From NCBI GenBank assembly GCA_964106645.2, contig OZ067048.1: DNA of 64,000 nucleotides. One strand, written 5' to 3'. Within the stretch, counting starts at the first letter, position 1; each line of letters starts with the position of its first letter. The translations under genes and the position numbers were made by a program. Below, piece after piece: positions 1 through 12,215 of this stretch. The notes under the pieces are model-generated. The model had not been told where the DNA came from and searched no databases. It saw nothing but the letters and a program-made list of their open reading frames with translations. This DNA comes from Podarcis pityusensis. Taxonomy: Eukaryota.

Positions 1-500
1 GGATTGTTTCTATTTCTTTTTTTTTATTACTAGGATTGTTTTATAAAATTGATGACTGTTAGAAAAATGTTGGAACGAAATTACTTGGCTCTAGCAAAAA
101 TGTTTAAAGAATTAGGCAAGAATATTATGGTTAGGAGAAGTGGGTAAAAATAAGATTTAAGTTTTAAGGTTTTTTATAAGATAAGATGAAAATAGATTAA
201 GGTAATGTAATGACAGAATATTATGAAATATGGAAAGGATTTGCTGCGATAATTAATAACTGGGATACAAAAAAAGGGAGGAGGAGGAGGTCAAAGAAAG
301 AAGGTAATGAAAGTTGAAGATTTGAGAATGTTGGTTTTATTTTTATATGTTTGTGGTGTATTTTTGTTTTTTGAATTTGTATTGTTGGGTGTGGTTTGTT
401 TTCTTTTTCTCTTTTTTGTTTCTTTCTTTTTTCTTTCTCTGCTTTGTCTTTTTTTGTAATTTTAAAAATTTTCAATAAATATCATTAAAAAAAAAAGAAA
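1..500 (+). mobile_element. L1-like LINE 3' UTR remnant
   Basis: AT-rich; G-rich tract, then T-rich tract, AATAAA at about 475 and poly(A) at about 487-496. Confidence 0.5.
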
Positions 501-564
501 GAAGATAAAGTATGAAGTAGGAGCAGATCCAGGAGGAGAGGATGGGTGCAAAAGCATACATGCC

Positions 565-565
<1 letters not shown>

Positions 566-608
<43 letters not shown>
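566..608 (+). repeat. (AAT)n microsatellite
   Basis: Direct inspection. Other simple repeats: (AC)(AG) 1205-1250, (TG) 2729-2762, (AC) 11328-11358, (TG) 22307-22361, (TC)(AC) 41760-41801. Confidence 0.95.
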
Positions 609-609
<1 letters not shown>

Positions 610-1205
610 TATTACTTATACTCCAACCATCCAACTGGGTTGCCTCAGCAATAAAATGCGTGTGTGTAGGATAGATGGCACTGCAACATTCATCATGATT
701 TGCTCGCACAAAGCTTGCACGGTGGTTAGATTATGTCTGGTCTTTATTGAGCATTTGTTCTGACTGGTTTGCAGGGAGGTTATATGGCAATGAGCATTCA
801 TCCCACATTTATCGCAATTTGCTTGCAGGGTGTTTATACATGTTCCTGCTAATCATTTGTTCATCCTATACTTTTCAGTGCATTTCCCCATCACTCTCCA
901 AACTACAAAAGGACATTCTTAAAACATTGATATATATTTTTTACACATAGGGCAGGAGAATACTTTAATCCACTGGGCAAAACTAAAGTTATGGTATGCA
1001 CTTGAATCCCCCCTGCAAAGTACTGACAGTCCGTACACACCTGCTGTCTGCACAACTCAATAGACTAATGTTTGTGAGGAGTCTATAGGGCAAGATGGGC
1101 ACCACATAAATCAGGATCTACAAGGAAGTGACTGGATGATTTGCCGTAGGCTGACAAAGCTTTATGACTTTCAGTTGGTCAGTAACAGCAACAATGAAAA
1201 GGGGA

Positions 1206-1249
<44 letters not shown>

Positions 1250-1314
1250 ACACTTAATTAGGCTACTGAATTGAAGCTTCAGAGCCAGGGGTTGGAATTG
1301 ACCACCAAGTCTCA

Positions 1315-2026
1315 ACTAGGGCCAGGGCCTTTTCAGTACTGGCCCCGACTTGGTGGAACGCTCTGTCACAAGAGACTAGGGCCCTGCGGGACTTGACATC
1401 TTTCCGCAGGGCCTGCAAGACAGAGCTGTTCTGCCTGGCCTTTGGTTTGGACTCATTCTGACCCTTATGTCTCCCTCCCCTTACGGTTTTGATTTATGGG
1501 CTACTTTTTAAATGAAGCTGCTTTTTAAATTGCATTTTAACCTGTATTTTAAATTGGGTCCCCCCCCCCCCCAATTATGTTTCTGTTGTAATTTTACTGG
1601 TGTTCAAGGTAAAGGTAAAGGGACCCCTGACCATTAGGTCGAGTCGTGACCAACTCTGGGGTTGTGGCGCTCATCTCGCTATATTGGCCGAGGGAGCTGG
1701 TCATGTGGCCAGCATGACTAAGCCGCTTCTGACGAACCAGAGCAGCGCACGGAAACACCGTTTACCTTCCCGCAGGAGCGGTACCTATTTAGCTACTTGC
1801 ACTTTGACGTGTTTTCGAACTGCTAGGTTGGCAGGAGGAGGGACCGAGCAACCGGAGCTCACCCCGTCACGGGGATTCAAACCGCCGACCTTCTGATTGG
1901 CAAGTCCTAGGCTCTGTGGTTTAACCCACAGCGCCACCCGTGTCCCTGGTGTTAGCCGCCCTGAACCCGGCTCTGGCCGGGGAGGGAGGGGTATAAATAA
2001 ATTTATTATTATTATTATTATTATTA
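1315..2026 (+). mobile_element. L2 LINE 3' end, interrupted by a Sauria SINE
   Basis: RAFSVLAPTWWNAL-type C-terminal coding remnant; ends agccgccctga...ggggtataaataaa(tta)n. Confidence 0.75.
1606..1946 (-). mobile_element. Sauria SINE (Squam1)
   Basis: tRNA-like head, (ACCTTT)n tail, TSD TGGTGTT (1598-1604 / 1947-1953); small internal deletion relative to the other copies. Confidence 0.92.
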
Positions 2027-2224
2027 GTTCCCTTTTGACTCTATGATTCTATGATGTCAGTCCTGGTTTGATATCTTGATGTTATGATGATAAGACTAAC
2101 TTACTGGAAAGGGAAGTTGTTGCATCATGACACATTTCCAAAGCGGTAGCCATAGTTGCTGAAGGTGGCAGTCAATTTGCTAACCAAGCGACGTTCAAAG
2201 CAGCATATCCAAAGCCACACTTAC

Positions 2225-2401
2225 GGGTTCCAGGACTTCTGGCACCAGAGTCTTTCCTTTGTCCTCCTCCTCCTCCTCCGGCTCTGGCTCTTCGTTCTCT
2301 TTATTGTCAGTCCAGGGAGCCGCATCTTGAGCAGAGCAAGTGCTGATTAAGTCTGGCAAACTTGTAGATGGGTAACTGAGAAAATCCTCTTCCGCCCCTT
2401 C
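2225..2401 (-). CDS. PDZD2: PDZD2-family exon, acidic linker: EGAEEDFLSYPSTSLPDLISTCSAQDAAPWTDNKENEEPEPEEEEEDKGKTLVPEVLEP
   Basis: SLPDL and WTDN motifs align with the PDZD2 post-PDZ2 linker. Long pyrimidine tract plus cacAG acceptor; donor CCC|gtaagt. 177 nt, phase 0 to 0. Confidence 0.9.
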
Positions 2402-2725
2402 CTGTGAGGAAGAAGGAGGAGAGGAAGAAGAACACTTGGCATTACATCCTTGCACTTACAAGCTTAGTACAACAACCCTGAAAAGTTAGTGATGTAGTAG
2501 TATTGGATGATATCTTGTGGGTAGGTGTAAAGGGAGATTGTGATGGTACATACTGGTGAAGACAACTGTTTTGAGAGTCCCAGGAGTGATCTAATCATAC
2601 AATCCACACAAGCAATGAATGCAAGAGCACAACACCCTTCAAAAATATTCACTTCCATTTTTGTTTTTATTTTAACATTAGTCATCCAATGGTTTTATTA
2701 CTTCCCTGGTTTCCTGCTTCTTTAA

Positions 2726-2766
<41 letters not shown>

Positions 2767-2854
2767 GCACTTTGAAGCTCTTTTGGTATTAAGCAGGATA
2801 TAAATGTATGAAATACATAAATTTTAAAACTTAGTTTGTATAGCTTTCCCTAAA

Positions 2855-2980
2855 GTTGGTTACAGCATGGCGCTGATAACACCAAGGTTGCAATATCAAT
2901 CCTCGTATGGGGCAGCTGCATTGCAGGGGGTTGGACTAGATGATCCTCAGGGTCCCTTCCAGCTCTACAATTCTATGATC
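2855..2980 (+). mobile_element. Squam3-like short tRNA SINE with CR1 tail
   Basis: gttggttacagcatggcgctgataac head; ggactagatgatcctcagggtcccttccagctctacaattctatgat tail. Confidence 0.75.
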
Positions 2981-3477
2981 CTCATAGCCTTTCTTGTCTT
3001 GTCTTACTGTAGGCTTGTATAATTCCCAGTTGTGCATACTCTCAGGAAATCATGCTGAGGACTGTGGGCTTCATCCATTATCCTCAAACCATGGATAATT
3101 AGAGTACTACTCCACACCTTTAGCAAACTACAGTTCCCATGATTCTTTGGGGGAAGCCATGACTGCTTAAAGCGGTATGATACAGCGTTAAATGCATATG
3201 GTGCAGATGTGGCCCTAGTGAACCAAGGAGCTGAATCAGGTTGGATTTCTTGGTCGGAAACAGACAATAGTTTTGAAAAGAGCTGAAATCAATGTGACGT
3301 GCCTGTGGTATACATTTCTTTGGTTCCATTTTGCATGTTGCTTTAAGAAAAGGGGGGGGGAGACGAGGTCATAATGTGTTCATTGGAATAATTCGCACTG
3401 ACATGTTCATAAGCTGATGATGGCAGCATCAAATGGCAAGTCACATGCGTGGAGCAGCCATTACTATCCAACACGAT

Positions 3478-3610
3478 AGACCAGCCTTCCGCAACCTGGG
3501 GCTTTCTAGATGTTTTGGACCAATTCCCATCAGCTCCAGGCAGCATGGCCAATGATGGCAGCTGTATTCCAAAACATATGGAGGACAGCAAGCAGGTCAT
3601 AAGAGGCTGC
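3478..3610. mobile_element. Palindromic hAT-type MITE (decayed)
   Basis: Shares the cccatcag...gatggcagctgta hairpin core with the better-preserved copies at 18852 and 55576. Confidence 0.6.
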
Positions 3611-5073
3611 CACAGAAAGAACTTTCCCTCCATCACAATGCTTGCTTTTCAGCTGAGTGCCATTTAGTTGCATTGAATGTTGACTAGTCAAGAGAAGTGT
3701 GCTTGAAGCAGCCCTTCACATCTCTCCTGAAAATGAACACAACACAACCTGCAGTTCTGGCAGGGTTTTCTCCTAGGAGAATTCATGTCAGTCGTAGAGA
3801 TTCGGTGTGGCGTGACTGGAGAAAGGACTTCAGGACGGTGTGGGCCAAAACCCAGCTCTTGAAACGCAGCCCAACTCAAACGCAAACACATCAACCTACA
3901 TTCTGAATGGTTCTACTGACAAGGTGAGGGATACACTGCAAAGCTGCTGCCAAAGTGGCTGATGCTAAATAACTCCAACTGAAATGTTGCAGAAGTCATC
4001 GTAAGCTAACGACTCTTGAGTCTTGTCTGTGGACTTGGCGGGTGTGTCTTTTGCTCATGGTACAGGGTTTTAAAATTTGGACATGGGCTGCAAGAAGCAA
4101 TGTTGTAATTCATGGTCATATTCTAGCCAAGGAATGTGTGATCTGGGCAAGGAGGGTGGCCTGGGAAAAACTGGATAGAGAAGGCCAGACAGAGAGGTCT
4201 CAAGGGCCGCACTCGAGGTTTCTCATACGTACTCTAGCATGGAGTGGAAGGATGAGAGAAGAATTAAGCATTGGAAGGTGGTCACCGGGTTAATAAACAA
4301 TCCCTATAAAACTTTGTTAAATGGCATGTGATAGCCAGAGAAAATATTTGCCAAATTTTGGAAAAGTAATAGAAACACAAATAGAAAGATTTGGGAACTA
4401 TTAGAAATAGTTACACTGACAACACTTTTGAGAAATATAGATTAACAATGAGGTAAGTGTGAGAAGGTGGGATTTAATGACACAATATGTATATTAAAGG
4501 AATATACCAGGAATAAAATTGATGGTGAATGAGTATATGATGCTATTTAATGAACTACTTAAGATATGAGAAACTGGGCTTTTAATAGATCAAAATGAAT
4601 TCATTTGTCTTCCCGTATTGTTCTACGTATTGGTGGAAACGATTAGATTCATATTTTGCACTTTAACCATTACAGCGTTTCATGCCGTCGAATAACATGG
4701 GGTGACAATGGTTTGAACACATATTCTCTGCCTCCAAAACAAACGTCTCAGGAAGCAGAAAATGTGTTCCAAGGCCACTTTGAACATGTATAACACCCCC
4801 ATATAGCTCAACCAATAGCCATTGTGGGACCTCTTCTCCATTAATTTAATAAAACAAACTAAGCTAATTGCTATTGTCCATTGTTGCAATGGCAAATTCC
4901 CCAGGTTACAGTATTGATTCACTGGGTCAAGATGTACCTTCTTTTGTCAGTCCTGAATTTTCCCACCCGTTTTTCAAAAGCCATCTAAGCTAGTGGCTAC
5001 GGTCACATATGCAGGAGTAGATCTTCCATGCACACCTAAACGTACTGAATCCATTTAACGGACTATTACCTAC

Positions 5074-5206
5074 CCTGCTTGCAACTACCAGGTACACAAG
5101 GCCTTCGGCCGACCGAAGAAGAGCGACAGCATCTTGATGGGAGAGGCCAACCAAAGAGTGGCCGTTGATCATGAGCAGTTCATCGCCAACTTTCAGTCTA
5201 CCATCT
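5074..5206 (-). CDS. PDZD2: PDZD2-family exon, C-terminal half of second PDZ domain: (R)DGRLKVGDELLMINGHSLVGLSHQDAVALLRSAEGLVYLVVASR
   Basis: Typical PDZ motif DGRL.GDELL.ING..L.GLSH..AV..LR. Acceptor tcctctttccttAG, donor AGG|gtaggt. 133 nt, phase 2 to 0. Confidence 0.95.
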
Positions 5207-6897
5207 CTAAGGAAAGAGGAAAAGGACAACAAAGACTTTTCAGTTTCTTGGGGAATGTTTCTAGGTTCTGAAGCGTCAAGGAAGTTATTATTCTGTAGGC
5301 GAACATTATATTCTGATGCTACTGCTCAAAGAACAACAGGAGGTACCACGTCATATGGGCAAAAGTGTTTTGTTTTTAATAAAAAAAATGGGTCGCCACA
5401 CACACCCCTTGCCCAGTCAAAGAAAGCAAGAATAAATGTCGGAGCTTCCTTTTCCCCATCCTCCTACTTTCAGTGGGGAAGTTTCAAGTCGAATATAGGA
5501 GGCACCGCCTGCATTTTGTTAATAATGAATATTCAAGTCACTCCACATTTACTTAACACCTTCTCTGGAGCGTTTCGGAGCACTTTATAGACACTAACGA
5601 TATCACTGGTAAGTAGGTCAGCTTTAATATTAAATTTTCCGTGGAGCAGTTAACTCGCTCACTTGCTGTGGAGTAGTTAGTTCGGCATGCGCCCTTTCCT
5701 GTAGTACAACTGCCCAGCACCAAATCCATCTCCCCAGGTAGGAACAGGTAGGAGCACTGGCAGACTTCTGCCAGCCTCTTTTTCAAGAGATGGACTAGTA
5801 CCCTGCCAAGGCTTATGTGTAGTGTACCTGACCTACTTTCTCACTGTGGCGAGGGAATCCTATAACATGCTACAACAGTAAGGTTGCCAGACAAAAGCTC
5901 AGAAACAAAGAACAACCTAAAGCAGGAATGGGGAACCAGTGGCTGTCCAGATGGTGTTGGACTCCAACTCCCATCCATCCCAGACAGCATGATCAGTGGT
6001 TAGGGGTGGAGAATGAAGGTACCCTTCGTGAAAATGAGGTGTACATGTACAGTTTATGCTGGGCCAAAAAAACCTCCAAGGATCCTTTTCTTCCACCTGC
6101 ATAAGAAATGCCATCCCATAAAGGACGACGGGATCTAATTATATGGCTGTTTACATTCCCAGGTTCAGGAACCTACCACAGATTTTTGAAACACATGCGA
6201 GTTGCACACATCTTACTACCCTGGTGGCTTCCAGATTTCCAAATAAGCCTCGTTCGAATTGCTTCAGTCTCCGAGATCTCTGATTTTCCTGGTGGTAGAA
6301 CTGGAACAGCAAGAAACTCAAGGGTGCTCCAGGCAATTTATTTACTAACATCAGGCACACCACGGGTAGGAGGATGCCCTCAAGAGGGTGATGGCAAAGG
6401 GAGTAACCCCTTTGGGGTTGTTGCTTCAGGGGCAGGGCACAATCTTACAGGGACTTATTCTATCAAGCCTCATATAAAGATTTTTGGTTGGTTGCAACTT
6501 CTGCTTCTGCTATAGAAACTAAAAACCCTGATATGAGACTTGAAAGAATCTAGACAGAGCAGGGAGCTAGATGGGTGTCCTAGAAGGGCTCTAGAAGTTG
6601 CCTTCAGTATGAGGAAGGCTTGAGAAATGCTTTTCGTGGTGAGATTTGGTGGGAGTGGCTGTGTAGGGAAACAACTCTTGCAACAGCATCAATTTATTAT
6701 TTTACTTTTTCTCTTTCGTTTTGGATTTGAATTTTAAGTTGCTTTGAGGGGCCAATCCTTGCTGAAAAGTGGGGAATAATTTTTTAAAAAAACTAATTTG
6801 GCAGCCGCCCACTGCTTTCATTTACTTAAACCTTTGTGTTACACCCAAACGATGGGATAGTCAGATGTGCATGATGTGAAAACAGAACAAATTGTAC

Positions 6898-7040
6898 CTG
6901 TGAGCGGAGCCTCCTTCTTCCACCCGTGCGATAATGATGGCGTGAGGAGAGCGTTTCGATCCTCGGCCTCCGGTGATCTGGATTCCCAGCCCATCTGTTC
7001 CCTTCATCATGGTCATCTTCCATATCCGGCAACCTTCTCG
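6898..7040 (-). CDS. PDZD2: PDZD2-family exon, N-terminal half of second PDZ domain: REGCRIWKMTMMKGTDGLGIQITGGRGSKRSPHAIIIARVEEGGSAH(R)
   Basis: Read by hand (this frame is not in the ORF track). Acceptor cctctcccAG, donor CAG|gtacaa. 143 nt, phase 0 to 2. GLGI carboxylate-binding loop and GGRGSKRSPHAI as in PDZD2. Confidence 0.95.
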
Positions 7041-7441
7041 CTGGGAGAGGAATTTTCAGAGAGTTCTTGCATTTTTATTTAGGAGAAGACACTTTCCAGC
7101 TGCATCCTAAAATTTCTCACTCTGGCTGAGAGATCTAGCAGACCAGATCAGCATGTACAAACCGGGCTTTTGTTTTGTTGGAAAGGGAAAGGCAAGAGGC
7201 CTCAGACAGAGACCTTTTGCTTCTCCTTTGCCAGCAAAGGAAACCTGGGTGCTTGAGATATTACAGGTCATAGTTAAAGCATATTGTTTGGGCAGTTTTT
7301 GCACTCAGTTTTTGTACATGCCCATCTCCTAAATATCAAAATGCAACCGTGTTATGTCCCATTTTGAAGTAAACATCATGGAAGTGCATATATTCAAGTT
7401 AATATTCAGCTGTAAGTATTTTTCATTAACTGAAGTAAAAA

Positions 7442-7638
7442 GAGTGGTACCTTGGTTTGCAACCGCTTTGGATTACAACCACGTCAAAACCCGGAAGTGT
7501 GTGTCCCTTTTTTTGGATTACAACCCATTTTGGGGGGGGGGAGGCCCCATTGGCGAAAGCATGCCTTGGGTTACAACCTGTTTTGGTTTACAACCAGACC
7601 TCCGGAACGGATTATGGTTGTAAACCAAGGTACCACTG
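7442..7638. mobile_element. Tc1/mariner-superfamily MITE
   Basis: TIRs AGTGGTACCTTGGTTT / AAACCAAGGTACCACTG followed by TA. Confidence 0.85.
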
Positions 7639-7854
7639 TATAGGCAACTCCCAATTTACGTGTCCCTAATCGATGTGCGACCACGCCGAACCCAGAAATG
7701 ACTTTTAAAATGGTAATAAGGGCCCTAAAAGAGAGAGAAAAGGCAATTTAGAAGATATTGACAGGTGGGGCCTACCAACTCATCAAGGGATATTACAGCT
7801 CCCTCACTGAATTTTCAACTTGCGGGGCGGGGGAGAGTATGTCTCAAGACGTCT

Positions 7855-8140
7855 GGAAGAACTTTCTTTTGGTAAGAGTTGTTCAGTAGTGGTATGGATT
7901 CAAATTAGATTCAGACTAAATATCAGAAAGAACTTTCTGACAGTAAGAGTTGTTGGATAGTGGAACAGACTCCCTCAGGTGGTTGTGGACTCTCCTTCCC
8001 TGGAGGGTTTTAAGAAGAGGTTGGGTGGACATCTCTCATAGATGCTTTAGCTGAGATTCCTGCATTGCAGAGGGTTTGATTAGATGACCCTCGGGACTCC
8101 TTCCAAAGCTACAATTCTATGAATCTATGATTCTATGATT
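7855..8140 (+). mobile_element. CR1 LINE 3' end with short internal duplication
   Basis: FRLNIRKNFLTVRVV-type remnant and (attctatg)n tail; aagaactttct...gtaagagttgtt occurs twice. Confidence 0.85.
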
Positions 8141-9002
8141 ACTTGTCTGTAGAAATATAGGGAAAAGTATGCAGGCAATATTATTCCTAATTGCTCACTT
8201 AAGAGGCAATACCATGAACTACTTTGAGCATATCTGGGTACCTATGTTTATGTCTTGACTTTCCCTGCCCCTTTCGCCTCCTGCACCCCAAGATCCCTGG
8301 CTAACCGGCCTGATATCTACTGGGACAAAGCATGCACACTTTGATTCCAGGTATCAAATATTTCTTTGCTCTTGCACTGCACAAAAGTACAGAAACGGCA
8401 ATTTATCTGGAGGCAAGGTGTACTGGGAGGCTGATGGGTAGAAAATACAGCTCGGATTTCAGATGCGAGCTGACATCTGGGGGTTACAAGGGCGACTCCC
8501 CCCCCCCCCCGCCCCGTACTTGGCAGAGACTTTGCTGCAAAAGGTGAAGAGCCTGTGGTAAGAGTGAGATGGTTGTCTTTTGGCACGTCTTCCTTGTCAG
8601 CAGCACTCAGCAGACAGGACAGTAGGCTCCAAGCACTTAAGACAGGCATCGTTTTAAGTGAAAGAGAGAAGCATTTGCCATAATTGAACATAACAGTTTG
8701 CAGAAGAAGAAGATGTTATTCTAGTGCTATAAGGTTCTTTCTTTCTTTCTATCTTTCTTTCTTTTAAAAAAAGGGATTCCCATGATACACTGAAACTCAG
8801 GCGCTTACTGCACTGCAGTATTTTACCATTCTGTACTCATTTATTCAATCCCACCCCCTACCCCCACTTCATATACATGCGCTTCATTATATCAAACACA
8901 AATAACAGAATCACAGCTTATAAGGACACAACAGAGTGCTTTATATCAGATCAGACTATTTGCCTAATATTGTCTGCCCTGACTGGCAAAACAAATACAA
9001 TA

Positions 9003-9230
9003 CAGTAGTACCTCAGGTTAAGAACTTAATTCGTTCTTGAGGTCTGTTCTTAACCCGAAACTGTTCTTAACCTGAAGCACCACTTTAGCTAATGGGGCCT
9101 CCCACTGCTACGCGATTTCTGTTCTCATCCTGAAGCAAAGTTCTTAACCCGATGTAATATTTCTGGGTTAGCGGAGTCTGTAACCTGAAGCGTATGTAAC
9201 CTGAAGCGTATGTAACCCGAGGTACCACTG
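9003..9230. mobile_element. Tc1/mariner-superfamily MITE (family A)
   Basis: TA|CAGTAGTACCTC...GAGGTACCACTG|TA with internal (taacctgaagcgtatg) repeats; near-identical to 34015, 35336 and 45387. Confidence 0.9.
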
Positions 9231-10063
9231 TACGTACCTTGTTACACAGATGCAATAGTTACAACATATAGAGTGCAACAGGCTGAATGGTAATGTATGT
9301 AACAAATTTCTTTACTGGTTACTTCCTAACATACGAATCAAGTCCAGGATGTATACCATATACAATCCTTAAGCAAGGTATAGAACCTATTTAATTAAAT
9401 CCAATGCTGATTTATTTATTTATTTATTTATTTATTGCTTAATACACTGGCAGCATCCTTCCAGGACCTCAGGCAGAGAAAGATCCATCACACAATCATA
9501 GGAAGCTGATGCTTATTTAGCTGAACACCAATGGTCAGACCACCTTCACCCTTCATTGTTCCCCATCCTGATGAACCTACGCAAGTCAAACCAACGCAGG
9601 GCACTTCCCCTGAAGAAAGGTGTATGCAGAGCAAATCTTTCCTGGTAATTTAAGCAACAGAACCGCACAGCTTCATTTATGAGTGTGACCAAACCTTGGC
9701 AATGGCACTACAAGTGGCACACACAATGGGAGCCTGCAACAGTCCTGAATTGAGCCATGAGAGGAGACCCAGGCTAGGCTATGGCAGACCTAAAGGCCTC
9801 CCAGGCTGTCGCTCTCCTCTCCGGCATGATGCTGCTGTCTGCTACTTGGGCTCAGGAAACAAGAGGCAATACTGTACCAAGGTAATTCAGCAGTAGCGTG
9901 TGGCAGAGCCAACACAAAACACCATTGGCCACCATTACCTTGGGGCAAGTTAAGCACACACCTTACATTTAATAGTTGCAGTCATATAGAGCTGTAGGCA
10001 ACATTCTGAGCCTTAAGCAAAAATCATGATCGATAGCAGATAATAGATAAAGAGTAGTAGACA

Positions 10064-10417
10064 GACGCGGGTGGCACTGTGGGTTAAACCACAGAGCCTA
10101 GGACTTGCTGATCAGAAGGTCGGTGGTTCGAATCCCTGCAACGGGGTTAGCTCCCGTTGCTCGGTCCCTGCTCCTGCCAACCTAGCAGTTCGAAAGTACG
10201 TCAAAGTGCAAGTAGATAAATGGGTACCACTCCGGCGGGAAGGTAAATGGCGTTTCCGTGTGCTGCTCTGGTTCACCAGAAGCGGCTTAGTCATGCTGGC
10301 CACATGACCCGGAAGCTGTACGCCGGCTCCCTTGGCCAATAAAGCGAGATGAGCGCCGCAACCCCAGAGTCGGTCATGACTGGACCTAATGGTCAGGGGT
10401 CCCTTTACCTTTACCTT
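10064..10417 (+). mobile_element. Sauria SINE, near full length
   Basis: tRNA-like head to ccctttacctttacctt tail; TSD TAGTAGACAGA. Confidence 0.95.
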
Positions 10418-11324
10418 AGTAGACAGATAGATAGAAGATTGATAGATGCAAGTGTTCTAGTTTCCCACAAACCCATGGAATCCCTTTCATTTTTGTTTCT
10501 CCCTCCATCAGCAATGGCTCCTTTGGTCTCCCCAGATGTGGTCACCTTCCTTCTTGTCATTTGGTCCTTCCACAAAGTGGTACCTTCCGGTTGTTTTGAG
10601 CTACAACACCCGTCAGCCCCAGCTGTTACGGCCAAAGTTAAAAAGATCTACAGGACATCAGCTAGGGAAAGGCTCTCTTCCCAAACTATTGCAGTTGCAG
10701 ATGCCCATTGGTTGCCCTAAAATGCTTAACTTTAGCTAGATCATGTCCTATGGTATATTTTTCTTCTTACATGTGACTTTCTTTTCCCTGAACAGGTCTT
10801 CTTTTTGGATATCATAAAGGGATCTAGCTAAAATTTGCATTTAAAAGAAATGTAAATCTCCATGTGCGTACACTACAAAAACAATTAAACTGTGCTCAAA
10901 GTGGCAAGAATTTCATTTTCTGTCTCATTATGTGTGAAAATGGGTTATCTGTGTTATATAACAGACCCCGAGTGAGAATAACATTTGTTAATTTCATGCT
11001 TCTCCCAGGAGTTATCTGCCTACGTCAGGAAACTGCATTGACCGTCAGAAATATACATCTATCTTTGGAACCCATCTACAGATTGAATTGCAAGTGCCTG
11101 TGATACAGCTGCTAAGAGGTTATGTCTGGCCAGGACTAAGCAGGAAAGCTTGAATCGCACTTGGCTCAAGGCAGTGTTATTAAACCCCTTGATTTCATAA
11201 GCACCAAATTCCATCATTAATAAAACAAAAAGGAACACTATTTGTTCTCCTGATTAAAAACACAGCCTGTGTGAAAAACATTCTGTTATCAGAAATTCAA
11301 TACCTTTGGGCTTAAAAACTGCAT

Positions 11325-11362
<38 letters not shown>

Positions 11363-11962
11363 CATGCACAGTTATCTTAAATTTGAAGAAAACATTGTCA
11401 AAACAATGTCAGTCTCCAAATTTTATTTGCTCTTTCACCTTTTGTTTTGTTTTCCGCAGCATCTTTGTTTTGTTACCTTATTATTTTGTAAGCTACTTTG
11501 AAAATGCCTTGACTTGTAAAGTGGTTTCATAATTTAAATGAATGAATTGGGGCTTCTGGTGAACGTGAGTTAGCGCTCCACATCACAACATCATGAAAAC
11601 TGTACTATACACTGCAGAGGAGGAAGGGCAAAATCAACAGGTTTGGGGACAGGAATCCAATTTCCAATAATGGCCACATTCGGGTGATCTCAGTAAGACA
11701 AGACATGAACAAATCCTGTGCTCCCACATGCGAGTGCTTTGCTCCTGCCATCATACAATCAAGGGGCAGAAGGGGGAGGAAATCCTGCTCCAACTGAGCT
11801 GCTCAGCCAAGCTGTGACCCCCATTTATGGGTAGCTGCCAGACCTGAATGAAGACTAGCCAGCCCAGGTCCACCAGCCAAGCCGCACACCCTAGCCTGCC
11901 TGTGATTGGTCAGTTCAAACGGGCAGGCTTCCCAGGGGCCCATGTGGCCGTCAGAGGAAGGT

Positions 11963-12215
11963 GAAGAAGAAGAGGAGTTTGGATTTGATATCCCGCTTTA
12001 TCACTACCCTAAGGAGTCTCAAAGCGGCTAACATTCTCCTTTCCCTTCCTCCCCCACAACAAACACTCTGTGAGGTGAGTGAGGCTGAGAGACTTCAGAG
12101 AAGTGTGATTAGCCCAAGGTCACCCAGCAGCTGTATGTGGAGGAGCAGGAAAGCGAACCCGCTTCACCAGATTACGAGTCTACCGCTCTTAACCACTAAA
12201 CCGCACTGGCTCTCC
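11963..12215 (-). mobile_element. MIR/CORE-like tRNA-derived SINE with (TTC)n tail
   Basis: Minus strand has an A-box head and a ctgggtgaccttgggc CORE-like segment; very similar to the copy at 15199. Confidence 0.8.

Noticed and set aside
1600-1896. Recurrent peptide GHVASMTKPLL...TCFRTARLAG (also at 10112, 20468, 23884, 61622) as a gene family
   Set aside because: Antisense translation of Sauria SINE copies.
2402-2459. GTAAGT 58 nt upstream of the exon 2401 acceptor, as a mini-intron
   Set aside because: Too short for a typical vertebrate intron, and no matching upstream exon.
5650-6700. Unassigned sequence with a 135-aa ORF between two exons
   Set aside because: No recognisable motif or splice structure; possibly decayed TE, not classifiable without a search.
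8317-8691. 124-aa minus ORF with hydrophobic N-terminus as an alternative exon
   Set aside because: No recognisable homology and no good phase-0 donor compatible with exon 6898-7040.
9003-9230. Repeated taacctgaagc units as a CRISPR-like array
   Set aside because: Eukaryotic DNA; these are subterminal repeats inside a TA-flanked MITE, with no regular unique spacers.
10064-10140. tRNA gene (ggttcgaatccc B box)
   Set aside because: It is the tRNA-derived head of a SINE, continuous with the SINE body.
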